A DNA stretch of 64,000 bases from Squalus acanthias (Eukaryota), in assembly GCA_030390025.1 (NCBI GenBank), contig CM059432.1, positions 107,138,001 through 107,202,000 on the forward strand. Reading direction: 5' to 3'. Shown here in pieces: positions 27,990 through 42,737 of the stretch. The notes below the pieces were generated by a model, which was given only the letters and a program-made list of their open reading frames with translations, was not told the DNA's origin and did no database searches. Numbering within the stretch: position 1 is the first letter of the stretch; the number at the start of each line of letters is the position of its first letter. Both the position numbers and the translations under genes were made by a program.

Positions 27990-29795
27990 CCAATATGCTT
28001 ATAGAGGCCTCTAGCCAAGCTGTCCCAGTACAGCTACAACACTGGTATCTATCCAACAATGAAAAACTGCCCAGGTATGTCCTGTCCACAAAAAGCAGGA
28101 CAAATCCAATCCGGCCAATTACCGCCCCATAAGTCTATTGTCATCAGCAAAGTGATGGAAGGTGTCGTCGACAGTGCTATCAAGCGGCACTTAATTGCCA
28201 ATAACCTGCTTAGTTTGGTTTCCGCCAGCACCACTCGGCTGCAGACCTCATTACAGCCTTGGTCCAAACATAGACAAAAGAGCTGAATTCCAGAGGTGAG
28301 GTAAGAGTGACTGCCCTTGACATCAAGGCTGCATTTGACTGAATATGGCATCAAGGAGCCTGAGTAAAACTGAAGTCAAATAGGAATTGGGGGGAAAACT
28401 CTCCAATGGCTGGAGTCATACCTAGCACAAAGGAAGGTGGTTGTTGCAGGCCCATCATCTCAGCCCCAGGTTATCGCTGCAGGTGTTTCTCAGGGTAATG
28501 CCCTAGGCCCAACCATCTTCAGTTGCTTCATCAATGACCTTCCCTCCATCATAAGGTCAGAAGTGGGGATGTTCGCTGATGATTGCACAGTGTTCAGTTC
28601 CATTCACAACTCCTCAGATAATGAAACAGTCTGTGCCCGAATGCAGCAAGACCTGGATGACATTCAGGCTTGGGCTGTTAAGTGGCAAATAACATTCGTG
28701 CCACACAAGTGCCAGGCAATGACTATCTCCAACAAGTGAGAGTCTAACTACAGCCCCATGGCATTACCATTGCCAAATTCCCTACCATCAACATCCTGGG
28801 GATCACCATTGACCAGAAGCATCACAGAATCCCCACAGTGCAGATAGAGGCCATTTCGGCCCATCGAGCCTGCACCGACACATATCCCACCCTATCCCCG
28901 TAACACCACGTATTTAATCCCCCTAACACTAAGGGTCAATTTATCATAGCCAAATCAACCTAACCCGCACATCTTTTGGACTGTGGGAGGAAACCGGAGC
29001 ACCCGGAGGAAACCCACGCAGACACGGGGAGAATGTGCAAACTCCACACAGACAGTCCCCCGAGGCCGGATTCGAACCTGGGTTCCTGGCGCTGTGAGGC
29101 AACAGTGCTAACCACTATGCCACCGTGTTGCCCCGTGTTGCTTAACTGGACCAGCCACATAAATACTGTGGCTACAAGAGCAGGTCAGAGGCTGGGTACT
29201 CTGCGGCGAGTGTTTCGCCTCCTGATTCCCCAAAGCCTTTCCACCATTTACAAGGCACAAGTCAGGAGTGTGATGGAATACTCTCCACTTGCCTGGATGA
29301 GTGCAGCTCCAACAACACTCAAGAAGCTCGACACCATCCAGGACAAAGCAGCCTGCTTGATTGGCACCCCATCCACCACCTTAAACATTCACCCCCTGCA
29401 CCACTGACACACCTTGGCTGCAGTGTGTGCCATCTACAAGATGCACTGCAGCAACTCGTCAAGACTTCTTCGGCAGCACCTCCCAAACCTGTGACCTCTA
29501 CCACCTAGAAGGACAAGGGCAGCAGGTGCATGGGAGCACCATCACCTGCAAGTTCCCCTCCAAGTTACACACCATCCGGACGTGGAAATATATCGCCGTT
29601 CCTTCATCGTCGCTGGGTCAAAATCCTGGAACCCCCCCCCCCCCTCCTAACAGCACTTTGGGAGTACCTTCACCACACGGACTGCCGCGGTTCAAGAAGG
29701 TGGCTTACCACCACATTCTCGAGGGCAATTAGGGATGGGCAATAAATGCTGGCTTTGCCAGCGACGCCCACATCCCAGGAAAGAATAAAAAAAAG
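27990..29795 (+). mobile_element. LINE of the CR1/L2 group (second family), RT to 3' end, interrupted by a V-SINE
   Basis: LDIKAAFD, GVSQGNALGP, MFADDCTV and VRSVMEYSPLAW motifs. Confidence 0.88.
28821..29133 (-). mobile_element. V-SINE (HE1-like) nested in the LINE
   Basis: Reverse complement of the head and core seen at 8475; different 3' tail; short duplication ccgtgttgc at the 5' junction. Confidence 0.9.
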
Positions 29796-29910
29796 AGATG
29801 TCATTAGGCCAGACAAATGCAGTTTTGTTCCTGCTACTTTGAAATCTCAATATGCAAAGCTTCCCACTCAACAGATTATCCAGGCAAGCTCATCCATACA
29901 TCTCCAGGAT

Positions 29911-32537
29911 GAGCAGGAGTAGGCCATTCGGCCCTTCGAGCCTGCTCCGCCATTCAGTATGATCATGGCTGATCCTCCATCTCAATACCATATTCCCGCT
30001 CTCTCCCCATACCCCTTGATGCCTTTTGTGTCTAGAAATCTATCTATCTCCTTCTTAAATATATTCAGTGACTTGGCATCCACAGCTGTCTGTGGTATAG
30101 AATTCCACAGGTTCACCACCCTCCGAGTGAAGAAGTTTCTCCTCATCTTAGTCCTAAATGTCCTCCCCCGTATCTGGAGACTGTGACCCCCTCGTTCTAG
30201 ACCTCCCAGCCAGGGGAAACAGCCTCCCTGCATCCAGTCTGTCTAGCCCTGTCAGAATTTTATACGTTTCCACAAGATCCCCTCATTCTTCTAAACTCTA
30301 GTGAATACAGGCCTAGTCGACCCAATCTCTCCTCATATGACAGTCCTGCCATCCCAGGAATCAGTCTGGTGAACCTTCGCTGCACTCCCTCTATGGCAAG
30401 TATATCCTTCCTTGGGTAAGGAGACCAAAACTGCACACTACTCCAGGTGTGGTCTCACCAAGGCCCTGTATAACTGTAGTAAGACAGCCTTGCTCCTGTA
30501 CTCAAATCCTCTTGCATTGAAGGCCAACATACCATTTGCCTTCCTAACTGCTTGCTGCACCTGCATGTTTGCTTTCAGTGACTGGTGTACAAGTCAACAT
30601 TTCCCAATCTGTCACCATTTAAATAATACTCTGCCTTTCTGTTTTTCCTACCGAAGTGGATAACTTCACATTTATCCACGTTATACTGCATCTGCCATGT
30701 ATTTGCCCACTCACTCAACTTGTCTAAATCGCCTTGAAGCCTCTTTGCATCCTCCTCGCAACTCACAATCCCACCTAGTTTTGTGTCGTCAGCAAACTTG
30801 GAAATATTACATTTGGTTCCCTCATCCAAATCATTGATATATATTGTGAATAGCTGGGGCCCAAGCACTGATCCCTGTGGTACCCCACTAGTCACCGCCT
30901 GCCGCCCCGAAAAAGACCCATTTATTCCTACTCTCTGTTTCCTGTCTGTTAACCAATTTTCAATCCATGCCAGTATATTCCCCCCAATCCCATGTGCTTT
31001 AATTTTGCGCACTAACCTCTTTTATGTGGGACTTTATCAAAGGCCTTCTGAAAATCCAAATACACCACATCCACTGGTTCTCCCTTAACTATTCTACCAG
31101 TTACATCCTCAAAACTCCAGTAGGTTTGTCAAACACGATTTCCCTTTCATAAATCCATGTTGACTTTGTCAAATCCCGTTGATATTTTCTAAGTGTCCTG
31201 TTATCACATCCTTTATAATAGACTCTAGCATCTTTCCTACTGCTGATGTTAGGCTAACCGGTCTGTAGTTCCTTGTTTTCTCACATCCCTCCTTTTTTAA
31301 ATAGTGGGGTTACATTTGCCACCCTCCAATCTGCAGAACTGTTCCATAATCTATAGAATTTTGGAAGATGACAACCAATGCATCTGCTATTTCCATGGTA
31401 CCTCTTTTAGTACTCTGGGATGCAGATTATCAGGCCCTGGGGATTTATCAGCTTTCAGTCCCACTAATTTCTCCAGCACTTTTTTTACTAATACTAATTT
31501 CCTTTAATTCCTCCTGCTCACTAGACCCTTGGTTCCCTAGCATTTCTGGGAAGTTATTTGTGTCCTCTTCCATGAAGACAGAACCAAAGTATTTGTTTAA
31601 TTGCTCTGCCATTTCCTTGTTCCCCATTATAAATTCTCCCGTTTCTGATGTAAGGGACCTACATTTGTCTTCACTAATCTTTTTCTTTTTACATATTTGT
31701 AGAAGCTTTTATAGTCTGCTTTTATGTTCCTTGCAAGTTTACTGGCATACTCTATTTTTCCCCACTTAATCAATCTCTTGGTCCTTTTTTGCTGAACTCT
31801 AACCTGCTCCCTATCCTCAGGCTTGCTACTTTTTCTGGCAACTTTATATGACTCCTCTTTGGATCTAATACTATCCTTAATTTGTTTTGTTAACCATGGA
31901 TGGGCCGCTTTTCCTTTTTGTGTTTTTGCGCCAGAAAGGAATGTATAACTTGCAATTTATGCATTCGTTCCTGAAATGTTAGCCATTGCCTATCCACCGT
32001 CATGCCTTTTAATGAAGCTCCCAAATCTATCACAGCCAACTCACTCCTCATACCTTCGTAGTTTCCTTTGTTTAGATTTAGGACCCTAGTTTCGGATTGG
32101 ACTACTTCACTTTCCATCTTAATGAAGAATTCAATCATGTTATGGTCACTCTTCCCTAAAGGACCCCGCACAACAAGATTATTAATTAACCCCATCTCAT
32201 TGCACAATACCCAATCTAGGATAGCCTGTTCCCTAGTTGGCTCCTCAACGTACTGGTCTAAAAAACCATCTCGTACACACTCCAGGAATTCATCCTCCAC
32301 AGTATTATTGCTAATTTGGTTTGGCCAGTCTATATGTAGATTAAAGTCACCCATGATTACTGCAGTACCCTTGTTACATGCATCTCTAATTTCCTGTTTG
32401 ATGCCATCCCCTACATTACCACTACTGTTTGGAGGCCTATAGACAACTCTCACCAATGTTTTCTGCCCCTTGGTGCTTCTTGGCTCCACCCAGACTGATT
32501 CTATATCTTTATTTTCTGAGCCAATATCCTTTCTCAT
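29911..32537 (-). mobile_element. CR1 LINE ORF2 (AP endonuclease and RT), frameshifted and 5'-truncated
   Basis: EN motifs VYRPP, GDFN and SDHN (31890-32537); RT motifs GVPQGSVLGP and KFADDTKL (30575-31012). Confidence 0.93.
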
Positions 32538-33729
32538 ACGGTAACTGCATTTGGCGTCATACCAATTTCAAATGTCTTCACTGAATTCAGTGGTGTCATC
32601 CTTTCTCACTTCGCTTGTATATTGCTAATGACTGATGAAGATATTTTCTGATACTTTAGTAAGGCAGCTGTCCAATAGTTCTTGAATCTTTTTGAGAGGC
32701 TGGGTTTCACTGAAAATCTAGAATCTGCAGGTCACAATCAGCACAAGATGGATTCTCTAAACAAGTCTGCTTTCTGACCATAGAGGTCTTACTACTACTT
32801 GCAAGATTTGTGATCATTTAGTCAGAATGCTTTCTCCTTTTCCCCATTCAGTCACAACATTGCCTGTGAATCCTAAGACAGAGGTGCAAGCCAAATTTTT
32901 GGTGCCGAAGGTAAAACCCTACATTGAAATGGTCATCTAATCATTATCTCCAATGGGAATTTCTTGAAATAATGATCAGGAGGAATTTGCTATGTCAAAA
33001 TGGTGATCTTGTGCCAAATAGTATGTGGCCTCATTTACTTTTTCTATTTCTTGTCCTCTGGTGACAAATGCTTATCTTACAGGATGGGATGCCTATTGGA
33101 GCTTAGACAGTGTAGTGGGGGAGGGCGGATCAACATAAACACAGTTCCTGGCACTTGAACAGATTTGAGCTTCAAAGTTACTTGTTCTTCAAAACTGATC
33201 TGGAGCAATTCAGTGAGGGCAGATAGCACAGTGGTGGTCAGCTTTCCAGTGATTTGTATTATAACCTTTGTTGTGTTGGGAAAAATCTAAAGGCTTATGC
33301 TAAATTGTAAAGACTTTCCCAGTAGTGCAAATAACATAAATACTACCCTATTTTTTGTGTACCAGCACTTTTCTCTCTCCTACTAGAACTGTCTTTTAGG
33401 TCATTGAAAGTTCATGTTGCTCTTATTTCTGCTCATCATTGCTTTGAAATCGGCACGGGGGAACGTCTAATGGTATCCAGATTTATGAAAGCTGCCTAGA
33501 AAGTCTAGCCTTTTGTTTGACTGTTAACTCCTGCTTGGGATTTGAATCTTATTCTGAACAAGCTTTGCCAGGGCTGTTTAAACCTGTATGTATGTGATCT
33601 TAAGTTTCTTGCGCTTGTGAGACAATTCAGGAGCTCTGCTTTTAAATGTTAACTTTACTTGTTTTTCTTTTTTTATCTTTGGATTTAAAATAACACTCAA
33701 CTCTTTCTTAAGCAGTACAGTATTTTATG

Positions 33730-35022
33730 TAAAAGCAAAATACTGCGGATGCTGGAAATCTGAAATAAAAACAGAAAATGCTGGAAATACTCAGCAGGTC
33801 AGGCAGCATCTGTGGAGAGAGAAACAGAGTCAACTTTTCACTGGAAAAAATTGGAGATGGAACAGGTTTTTAAGCAAGTGTAGGGGCAGGAAAAGGGAGG
33901 AGGGGAGGAAAGAACAAAGGGGATGGTCTGTGGTGGAATGCAGAATCATCAACAGCTGCCATGTGAGCGAGGAAAAAAATAAAATATAGGGATTGAGGTT
34001 ATGGTCTGAAATTGTTGAACTGTATGCTGAGTCCAGAAGGCTGTAAAGTGCCTAATCGAAAGATGAGGTGCTGTTCCTAGAGCTACCTTGGAAGTGTAAG
34101 AAGCCGAGGACAGTGAGGTCAGAGTGGGAGTGGAGCGGAGAATTAAAGTGACAGGCGACCAGAAGCTCGGGGTCACCCTTACGGACTGAATGGTGGTGTT
34201 CCTCAAAGCGGTCACTCAATCTGCGTTTGGTCTCCCCAATGTAGAGGAGACCGCATCGTGAGCAGTGAATACAGTATACTAAATTGCAAGAAGTACAAGT
34301 AAATCGCTGTTTCACCTGGAAGGAGTGTTTGGGGCCCTGGACAGTGGGAAGGGAGGCGGTAAAAGGGCAGGTGTTGCATCTCCTGCGCTTGCACGGGAAG
34401 GTGCCAGGGGCAGGGATGTTGGGGGTGATAGAGGAGTGGGCCAGGGTGTCGCGGAGGGAGTGGTCCCTTTGGAATGCTGAAAGGGGAAGATTTATTTGGT
34501 GGTGGGATCACACTGGAGGTGGCGGAAATGGAGGAGGATGATCCATTGAATGTGGAGGCTGGTGGGGTGAAAAGTGAGGACAAGGGGAACCCTATCGTGG
34601 TTCTGGGAGGGAGGGGAAGGGAAGGGGTGAGAACAGAGTGCGGGAAATAGAGCAGACACGGTCAAGGGCCGTGTTAACCTTTTTTTTTCTCACATGGCAG
34701 CTGTTGATGATTCTGCCATTGCCATTTACACCTCATTTAGTGTCATCTTTTGTTTCTTATTCCATTACCAGCTCCTTTTGCTTTGCACCATCATCCCTTT
34801 TGTCTTTTAATCTCTCCTGCCTTCCATCCTATCACAGACTTTCCCTTTTGTTCTTTCTTCCCCTCCTCCCTTTCCCTGCCCCTACACTTGCTTAAAAATC
34901 TGTTACATCTCTTAACTTTTTCCAGTTCTGACGAAGGGTCATCGACCTGAAACGTAACTCTGTTTCTCTCTACAGATGCTGCCTGACTTGCTGAGTATTT
35001 CCAGCATTTTCTGTTTTTATTG
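33730..35022 (-). mobile_element. Penelope-like element (Neptune type), 5'-truncated, with inverted pseudo-LTR
   Basis: GIY-YIG endonuclease NLVYCIHCSRCGLLYIGETKRRLSDRFEEH...VACHFN, preceded by a Cys-rich linker PCKRRRCNTC. The left end 33760-33950 is mirrored at about 34690-35021. 12-bp TSD CAGTATTTTATG at 33718-33729 and 35023-35034. Confidence 0.88.
34924..34959 (+). ncRNA. Hammerhead motif in the Neptune pseudo-LTR (possibly damaged)
   Basis: AGUU-CUGACGA-A-GGGUC(AUC)GACCU-GAAA-CGU-AACU. It appears one nucleotide short at the cleavage site relative to the copy at 2291-2326. Confidence 0.6.
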
Positions 35023-35609
35023 CAGTATTTTATGCATTGCTTGAAGTACTGATCGCTATGTTGAATAAATACTTGGTTTACAAGTTACAGTATTTCAATG
35101 ATTAGAGACAAAGTTAATAGCTGACAAAATGACAATTGGTGCTGTTGCGAACCTGTCACTGGTTGAGCATGATGCTACATTTGCTGTTCCGTATATTGAA
35201 GTGCCGCATTAAATACAACTGATGCACCAGTGTTGGACATCTCTTCTCGAGATCATCTGCTGGGTTATCTGTATCACTCTTAATGCCACCTTGGACTGCA
35301 GCCACAATATCATTGTCCAAAAGCAGCTGGTCTCAAGTCACATTTTTGATTTTGATTTGAAGAGGGAGCTACAAGAACATTCAACAAAAGGTTGCATCCA
35401 GCCCAACATATGTAGAAGTGACTATTGCAAAGTCCTTGTGAAGACCAAGTCTAGTCTTTACAGTGAGGATACCTCTATCATGTGGGTACTACAAACATGC
35501 CAAGTGGGACAGACCAAGGACAGATGCAGCAGCCCATCTGGGTATCCATCAGCAGCAGAATTGTATGCCATCACAATCTGTAACTGTGTGGCAATGCACA
35601 TCCCTCAGG

Positions 35610-36980
35610 CATGACCAACCCTTTACAAATCCATGCTGACTCTCTCTGATCAGCTGAGAATTTTCAAGCTGTTCAGTTACGCTATCCTTATGGACTTTAG
35701 TAATTTCCTGGCAACAGATGTTAGGCTAACTGCTCTATAAGATCCTAGGTTTCCCCCTCTCGCCTTGCTTCAATAGCGGAGTGACATGCGCAATTTTACA
35801 AGCTAAAGGAATGGTTACCAAATCGAGAGAACTTTGGAAGATTATATTTAGGGCATCTGCAGTGTTCTCATCTACTTCCTTTAAAATCCTGGCATGGAAA
35901 CCATCTGGTCCTGGGGATTGTCACTCTTTAGTGCCATTATTTTCTTCATTACTGTTATTTTGCTTGTGTTAATTTTGGTGAGTCCCTGTCACTGTTTCAA
36001 TATTAGTTTCGTTGGGTTGTCTGGCATACTATCTATCCTCTTCCTCTACTGTAAGTACTGGCACAAAGTAATTATTCAACATGTCTGCCATTTCCTTATT
36101 TTCAGTGAGAATATCACCGTTATCAGTTTTCAAGAGGCCTGCATTGCTCCTGACCACCCTCCTTTTTCCTAAAATAATAAGTAAAAAAAAAATATTTTGA
36201 TATCCCTTGCAAGTTTCTTTTCATACTTTTTTTTAGCTCTTACTATCTGTTTTATCACCTTTGTTCTTTATATCTCCCAGTTGCCAGGATCTGTGCTAGT
36301 TTTTGCATTTTTGTATGCTTTTTCTTTTAGTTTTATGTTGTCCCTCACCTCTTTAGTCATCCATGGCTGGGTTTTTTTGGCAAGTAGAGCTCTTGCCCCT
36401 TAGGGGTATAAACTGGTACTGTATCACATTAAATTATTTTTTCAACACCTCTCATTGATCCTCTGTCATTTTACCCATTAACAGATTTGCCCAGTTTACT
36501 GTGGACAGTCTCTGTCTCATCGCATTGAAGTCAGCCTTGCCTAAATCTAAAATCTTAGTAGCTGTTTCGCATTTCTCCTTTTCAAACACTACGATGAACT
36601 CAATCATATTATGATCGCTATTTGAGAAATGTTCACGCACCGTTGTTAACTAATTCTGGCTGATCACTCATAACTAAATCTAAAATGGCCTGCCCCCTTG
36701 TTGGTTCCAGTACATATTGTTGCAGAAAATTATCCTGAACACACAAGAAATTCACTACCTTTCTAAAATGAGCTAGTCTGCTTATCCCAATCTGTGTGAA
36801 AGTTAAAATCCCCCATTAAAACTGCTCTGCCTTTGCTACATGTTTGTCTAATCTCTGCATTTATACAATCTACCACTTCACAGCTGCTACCATGGGGCCT
36901 ATACACAACTCCCACTACAGTCTTGAATCTTTTCTATTTCTTAATTCTACCCATAAAGTCTCCACTCCACTAGTAAGCCT
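35610..36980 (-). mobile_element. CR1 LINE internal fragment (EN to start of RT)
   Basis: SDHNMIEF...LDLGKADFNAMR peptide and a PGPDG region. Confidence 0.8.
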
Positions 36981-37858
36981 CTTCACCTCTAGCAGTGTTA
37001 ATAATCATGCTTTGTGTGCATGGTGGAACTTTAAGCCTCCAATAGTAATCCCAATAAACATTTAAGGATGATTATCAGTAGATTACCTTTCTTGCTTGAC
37101 TGGTGCTCAGTACTGCTTTCTAAGAGGGGTCAGTGGCACAGTATGTGAAGGCAGCTACCTTTATCTGAGCCACTAGACCAACCCCTCTGCTCCTTGAGTA
37201 GTCCAATACAGCCTTTCTATGCAGTATATAATGGAATCTGAGAAGCCTTCAACTGTGCGCGCCATCTGTTTTAACCAGTGTCTATATGCAAGTAGCTATT
37301 TATAAGAGGAGTGTATTTTATTTTGAAACATCACACCTATGCTGGAAATGTAAAATCATTTTTGGTTACTGCACTCCAGCTTCAGCCAGCTCTCATCCTC
37401 TGCCATTGTGTTCATTACTGCTTTGTTTTCATTGTTACACTGGGGCTCGAAGAACAAGTAAATGCTGTTTAACACGAGGCCTTGTATAATGGTGTTAAAT
37501 AAGATCCCATGACCAAATTGAGTGATGTGTACATTTTCAAAAGAGATAATGCCACTAGATATTTTTTCTGTGCACATATCCATAGTGATGATTACTGTTT
37601 AAATGTGGAGGTTGCCCTTTTCAACATTGAGGAAGACCATGCCATGCAGTTGATATTCTGATCACTTGTGTAGTCTTCTCTAATGAAAGAAGTTATATTG
37701 AAAGTACTTGATTCCAACCATTCCATAACACTGTAGTTTCTGTTGTCTGTATATTGGCACTATTTGAGACCAGCCAAAAAGGTGGATCACTTCTGGTAAT
37801 TTATTTTCAAGGCAAAATTTGAACCATGCTGTTTCACAAAATTTAAAAAAATTAGACT

Positions 37859-40660
37859 TAGAAACATAGAAAATAGGTGCAGGAGTAGACCATTCGGTCC
37901 TTCGAGCCTGCACCGCCATTCAATGCGTTCATGGCTGAACATGCTACCTCAGTACCCCATTCCTGCTTTCTCGCCATACCCCTTGATCCCCCTAGTTGTG
38001 AGTATTATATCTAACTCCCTTTTGAATATATTTAGCAAACTGGCCTCAACAACCTTCTGTGGAAGAGAATTCCATAGATTCACCACTCTCTGGGTGAAGA
38101 AGTTCCTCCTCATCTCAGTCTTAAATGGCTTCCCCTTTATCCTTAGACTGTGACCCTTGGTTTTAGTTTTCCCTAACATTGGAAACATTCTGCCCGCATC
38201 TAATTTGTCTAAACCAGTCAGGATTTTAAACGTCTCTATAAGATCCCCCCTCATTCTTCTGAACTCCAGAGGATACAAGTTCAGTTGATCCAGTCTTTCT
38301 TGATATGTCGGTCTGGCCATCCCAGGAATCAATCTAGTGAACCTTCGTTGCACTCCCTCAATAGCAAGAATGTCCTTCCTCAAGTTAGGAGACCAAAACT
38401 GCACACAATACTCCAGGTGTGGCCTCACCAAGGCCCTGTACAACTGTAGCATCACCTCCCTACTCCTGTACTCAAATCCCCTTGCTATGAAGGCCATCAT
38501 GCCATTTGCTTTCTTGACTGCCTGCTGCACTTGCCTTCCCACCTTCAGTGACTGATGTACCATGACGCCCAGGTCTCGTTGCACCTCCCCTTTCCCTAAT
38601 CTGCCACCATTCAGGTAATAGTCTGCCTCCCTATTTTTACCACCAAAGTGGATAACCTCACATTTATCCACATTGTACTTCATCTGCCAGACATTTGCCC
38701 ATTCACCCAACCTGTCCAAGTCACTCTGTAGCCTCCTAGCATCCTCCTCATTGTTCACACTGCCTCCCAATTTAGTGTCATCCGCAAATTTGGAGATATT
38801 ACAATTAATCCCTTCGTCCAAATCATTAATATATAATGTAAACAGCTGGGGCCCCAGCACCGAACCCTGCGGTACCCCGCTGGTCACTGCCTGCCATTCT
38901 GAAAAGTACCCATTTACTCCTACTCTTTGTTTCCTGTGTGCCAACCAGTTCTCAATCCACGTCAACACATTACCCCCAATCCCATGTGCTTTAACTTTGC
39001 ACACCAATCTCTTGTGTGGGACCTTGTCGAAGGCCTTCTGAAAGTCCAAATACACCACATCTACTGGTTCCCCCCCGTCCACCCTATTGGAAACATCCTC
39101 AAAAAATTCCAGAAGATTTGTCAAGCATGATTTCCCTATCATGTCGCCACTTTCCAAATGGTCTGTTATGACATCTTTAATAATTGATTCCATCATTTTA
39201 CCCACCACCGATGTCCGGCTGACCGGTCTATAATTCCCTGCTTTCTCCCTCCCTCCTTTTTTAAAAAGAGGGGTTACATTAGCCACCCTCCACTCCTTCG
39301 GAACTGATCCAGAGTCTAAGGAATGTTGGAAAATGATCGTCAATGCATCCACTATTTCCAAGGCCACCTCCTTAAGTACTCTGGGATGCAGACCATCAGG
39401 CCCTGGGGATTTATCAGCCTTCAGTCCCATCAATTTCCCCAACACCTTTTCCCGACTGATAAGGATTTCCCTCAGCTCCTCCCTCTTACCAGATCCTTTG
39501 ATCTCTTTTATTTCCGGAAGGTTGTTTGTGTCCTCCACAGTAAACACCGAACCAAAGTACTTGTTCAATTGATCTGCCATTTCTTTGTTCCCCATTATGA
39601 CTTCCCCTGTTTCTGACTGCAGGGGACCTACGTTTGTTTTTACTAACCTCTTTCTTTTTACATATTTATAGAAGCTTTTGCAGTCCGTTTTAATGTTCTC
39701 CGCAAGCTTCTTTTCATATTTTATTTTCCCTGCCCTAATCAAACCCTTCGTCCTCCTCTGCTGAGTTTTAAAGTTCTCCCAGTCCCTGGGTTTGCTGCTA
39801 CTTCTGGCCAATTTGTATGCCACTTCCTTGCTTTTAATACTATCCCTGATTTCCCTTGTTAGCCATGGTTGAGCCACCTTCCCTTTTTTATTTTTACGCC
39901 AGACAGGGATGTACAATTGCTGTAGTTCATCCATGCGATCTCTAAATGTCTGCCATTGCCCTTCCACTGATAACCCCTTAAATATCGCTTGCCAATCTAA
40001 CCTCGCCAATTCACGCCTCATACCCTCAAAGTTGCCCTTATTTAAGTTCTGGACCATGGTCTCTGAATTAACTGTTTCCTTCTCCATCCTAATGTAGAAC
40101 TCCACCATACTATGGTCACTCTTCCCCAAGGGGCCTCGCACCACAAGATTGCTGATTAGTCCTTCCTCATTACACAACACCCAGTCCAGGATGGCCTCCC
40201 CTCTAGTTGGTTCCTCAACATATTGGTTTAGGAAACCATCCCTTAAACACTCCAGGAAATCCTCCTCCACCGTATTGCTTCCAGTTTGAGTAGCCCAATC
40301 TATATGCATATTAAAGTCACCCATGATAACTGCTGCGCCTTTTTTGCATGCACCTCTGATTTCCTGTTTCATACCCTCCCCCACCTCACTACTACTGTTT
40401 GGAGGTCTGTACACAACCCCCACTAACGTTTTCTGCCCTTTGGTGTTCTGCAGCTCAACCCATATTGATTCCACATCCTCCAAGCTAATGTCCTTCCTAG
40501 CTATTGCATTAATCTCCTTTTTAATCAGCAATGCTACCCCACCCCCTTTTCCTTTTATTCTATCCTTCCTGAATGTTGAATACCCCTGGATATTCAGTTC
40601 CCAGCCTTGATTGTTCTGGAGCCACGTCTCTGTAATCCCAATCACATCATATCCGTTAAC
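37859..40660 (-). mobile_element. Young CR1 LINE, 5'-truncated, with an 898-aa open ORF2 (37949-40645)
   Basis: ITETWL, YRPP, GDFN, SDH, LDFQKAFDKV, PQGSVLGP and FADD in one frame; 3' tail with tctatgtt-type repeats. Has a 9-codon in-frame deletion in the RT. Confidence 0.96.
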
Positions 40661-41077
40661 TTCACACGAGAGATTGTCTCAACAAGATGCCAAAAATGCT
40701 TACTTTCATCTGGCTATCCTGAAGTGCAGTGAAGAATTTTGTGCATTTGTGACATTCTGATGCAATCTCAGTAAGGAATTCTTCAGCTTCCTGTTGTCTA
40801 ATAGTGGAATACCTACCCATGTCTGTGACTCATCCACTTTTAACTGGGTAAATATGGGCTTCCTCCATGCTTTCAAAGGAGTTCACCATTCACCTACAAA
40901 GCTCAATCTCTTTATATTGTTTTACTTTCTGTTTTCTCTCTCCTGGTGAGGAAGCTGAAGGATACAGTTCAGAACAAAATAGTTTTTGCTTACCTGGGGC
41001 TCATGCATTGCAAGGTTCCAACTGTAACTCTCTCTTCCAAGACACCTCCATTAGATTTCCAGAAAGGCCAGTTATTC

Positions 41078-41965
<888 letters not shown>

Positions 41966-42737
41966 ACATATAGGCCGTTATAGCCCACTACATGCCTTAT
42001 CCTCACATTGGTTTTCTCCTCTGGTTTGTTTGTGCATCTCAATAAATATTGGGTGGGGAGTGTGTTCATTGTGGGCCCCTCTCTTTCTCCCGCCCCCCCC
42101 CCCCCAAGTCTTTGGTTTCAGTATTGGATTTAAAACGAGTATTCCATAAGCCAAGGCAGCCTCATTCTGAATCTTGGCCAGGAGTCGGACACTTGACTAG
42201 CTTTCTGCATTAAAGTTTCTTTGGCTCATCTGGCATAAAAATGGGACAGTTTCTTTGCCAATTTATGCCTTATGTTTCCCAGAACTTTGTTACTTAGAAA
42301 ATGTCTCTCTTTTTCAGACTAATTACTTTGTTTTGAGAAAGGGGTAATTATTAAGAGTCCTTTTCTATGATTCAGAGTAGACTAGGATCCAAATTTTAAT
42401 GTGGGACGAGGATGTACGGCAGTTTACGAATAATGGAAGCCCCACTGAAAGTATCAGTGGAAGGGGTGGAGAGGAGAGAAGGTTAGAGTATATCCCAGAG
42501 TGCAGGGTGTGTCTGGAAGAGGGACTGAGGCAGTTGGTGCTGCAACTTTGGGACAACCAGCAGTGGGTGGCATGATGGAAGGTGCCTGGGTCAAAGCAAA
42601 GAGAATCTGCTGGTCCATCAGGAGGGACTTTGAGCCTGGTGGTAGGAGAGGAGAATAGTAGAGGTATAATAACAAAATGCTATTATTTCAGATTTCCAGC
42701 ATCCGCAGTATTTTGCTATTGTAGTAGAGGTCTAATG

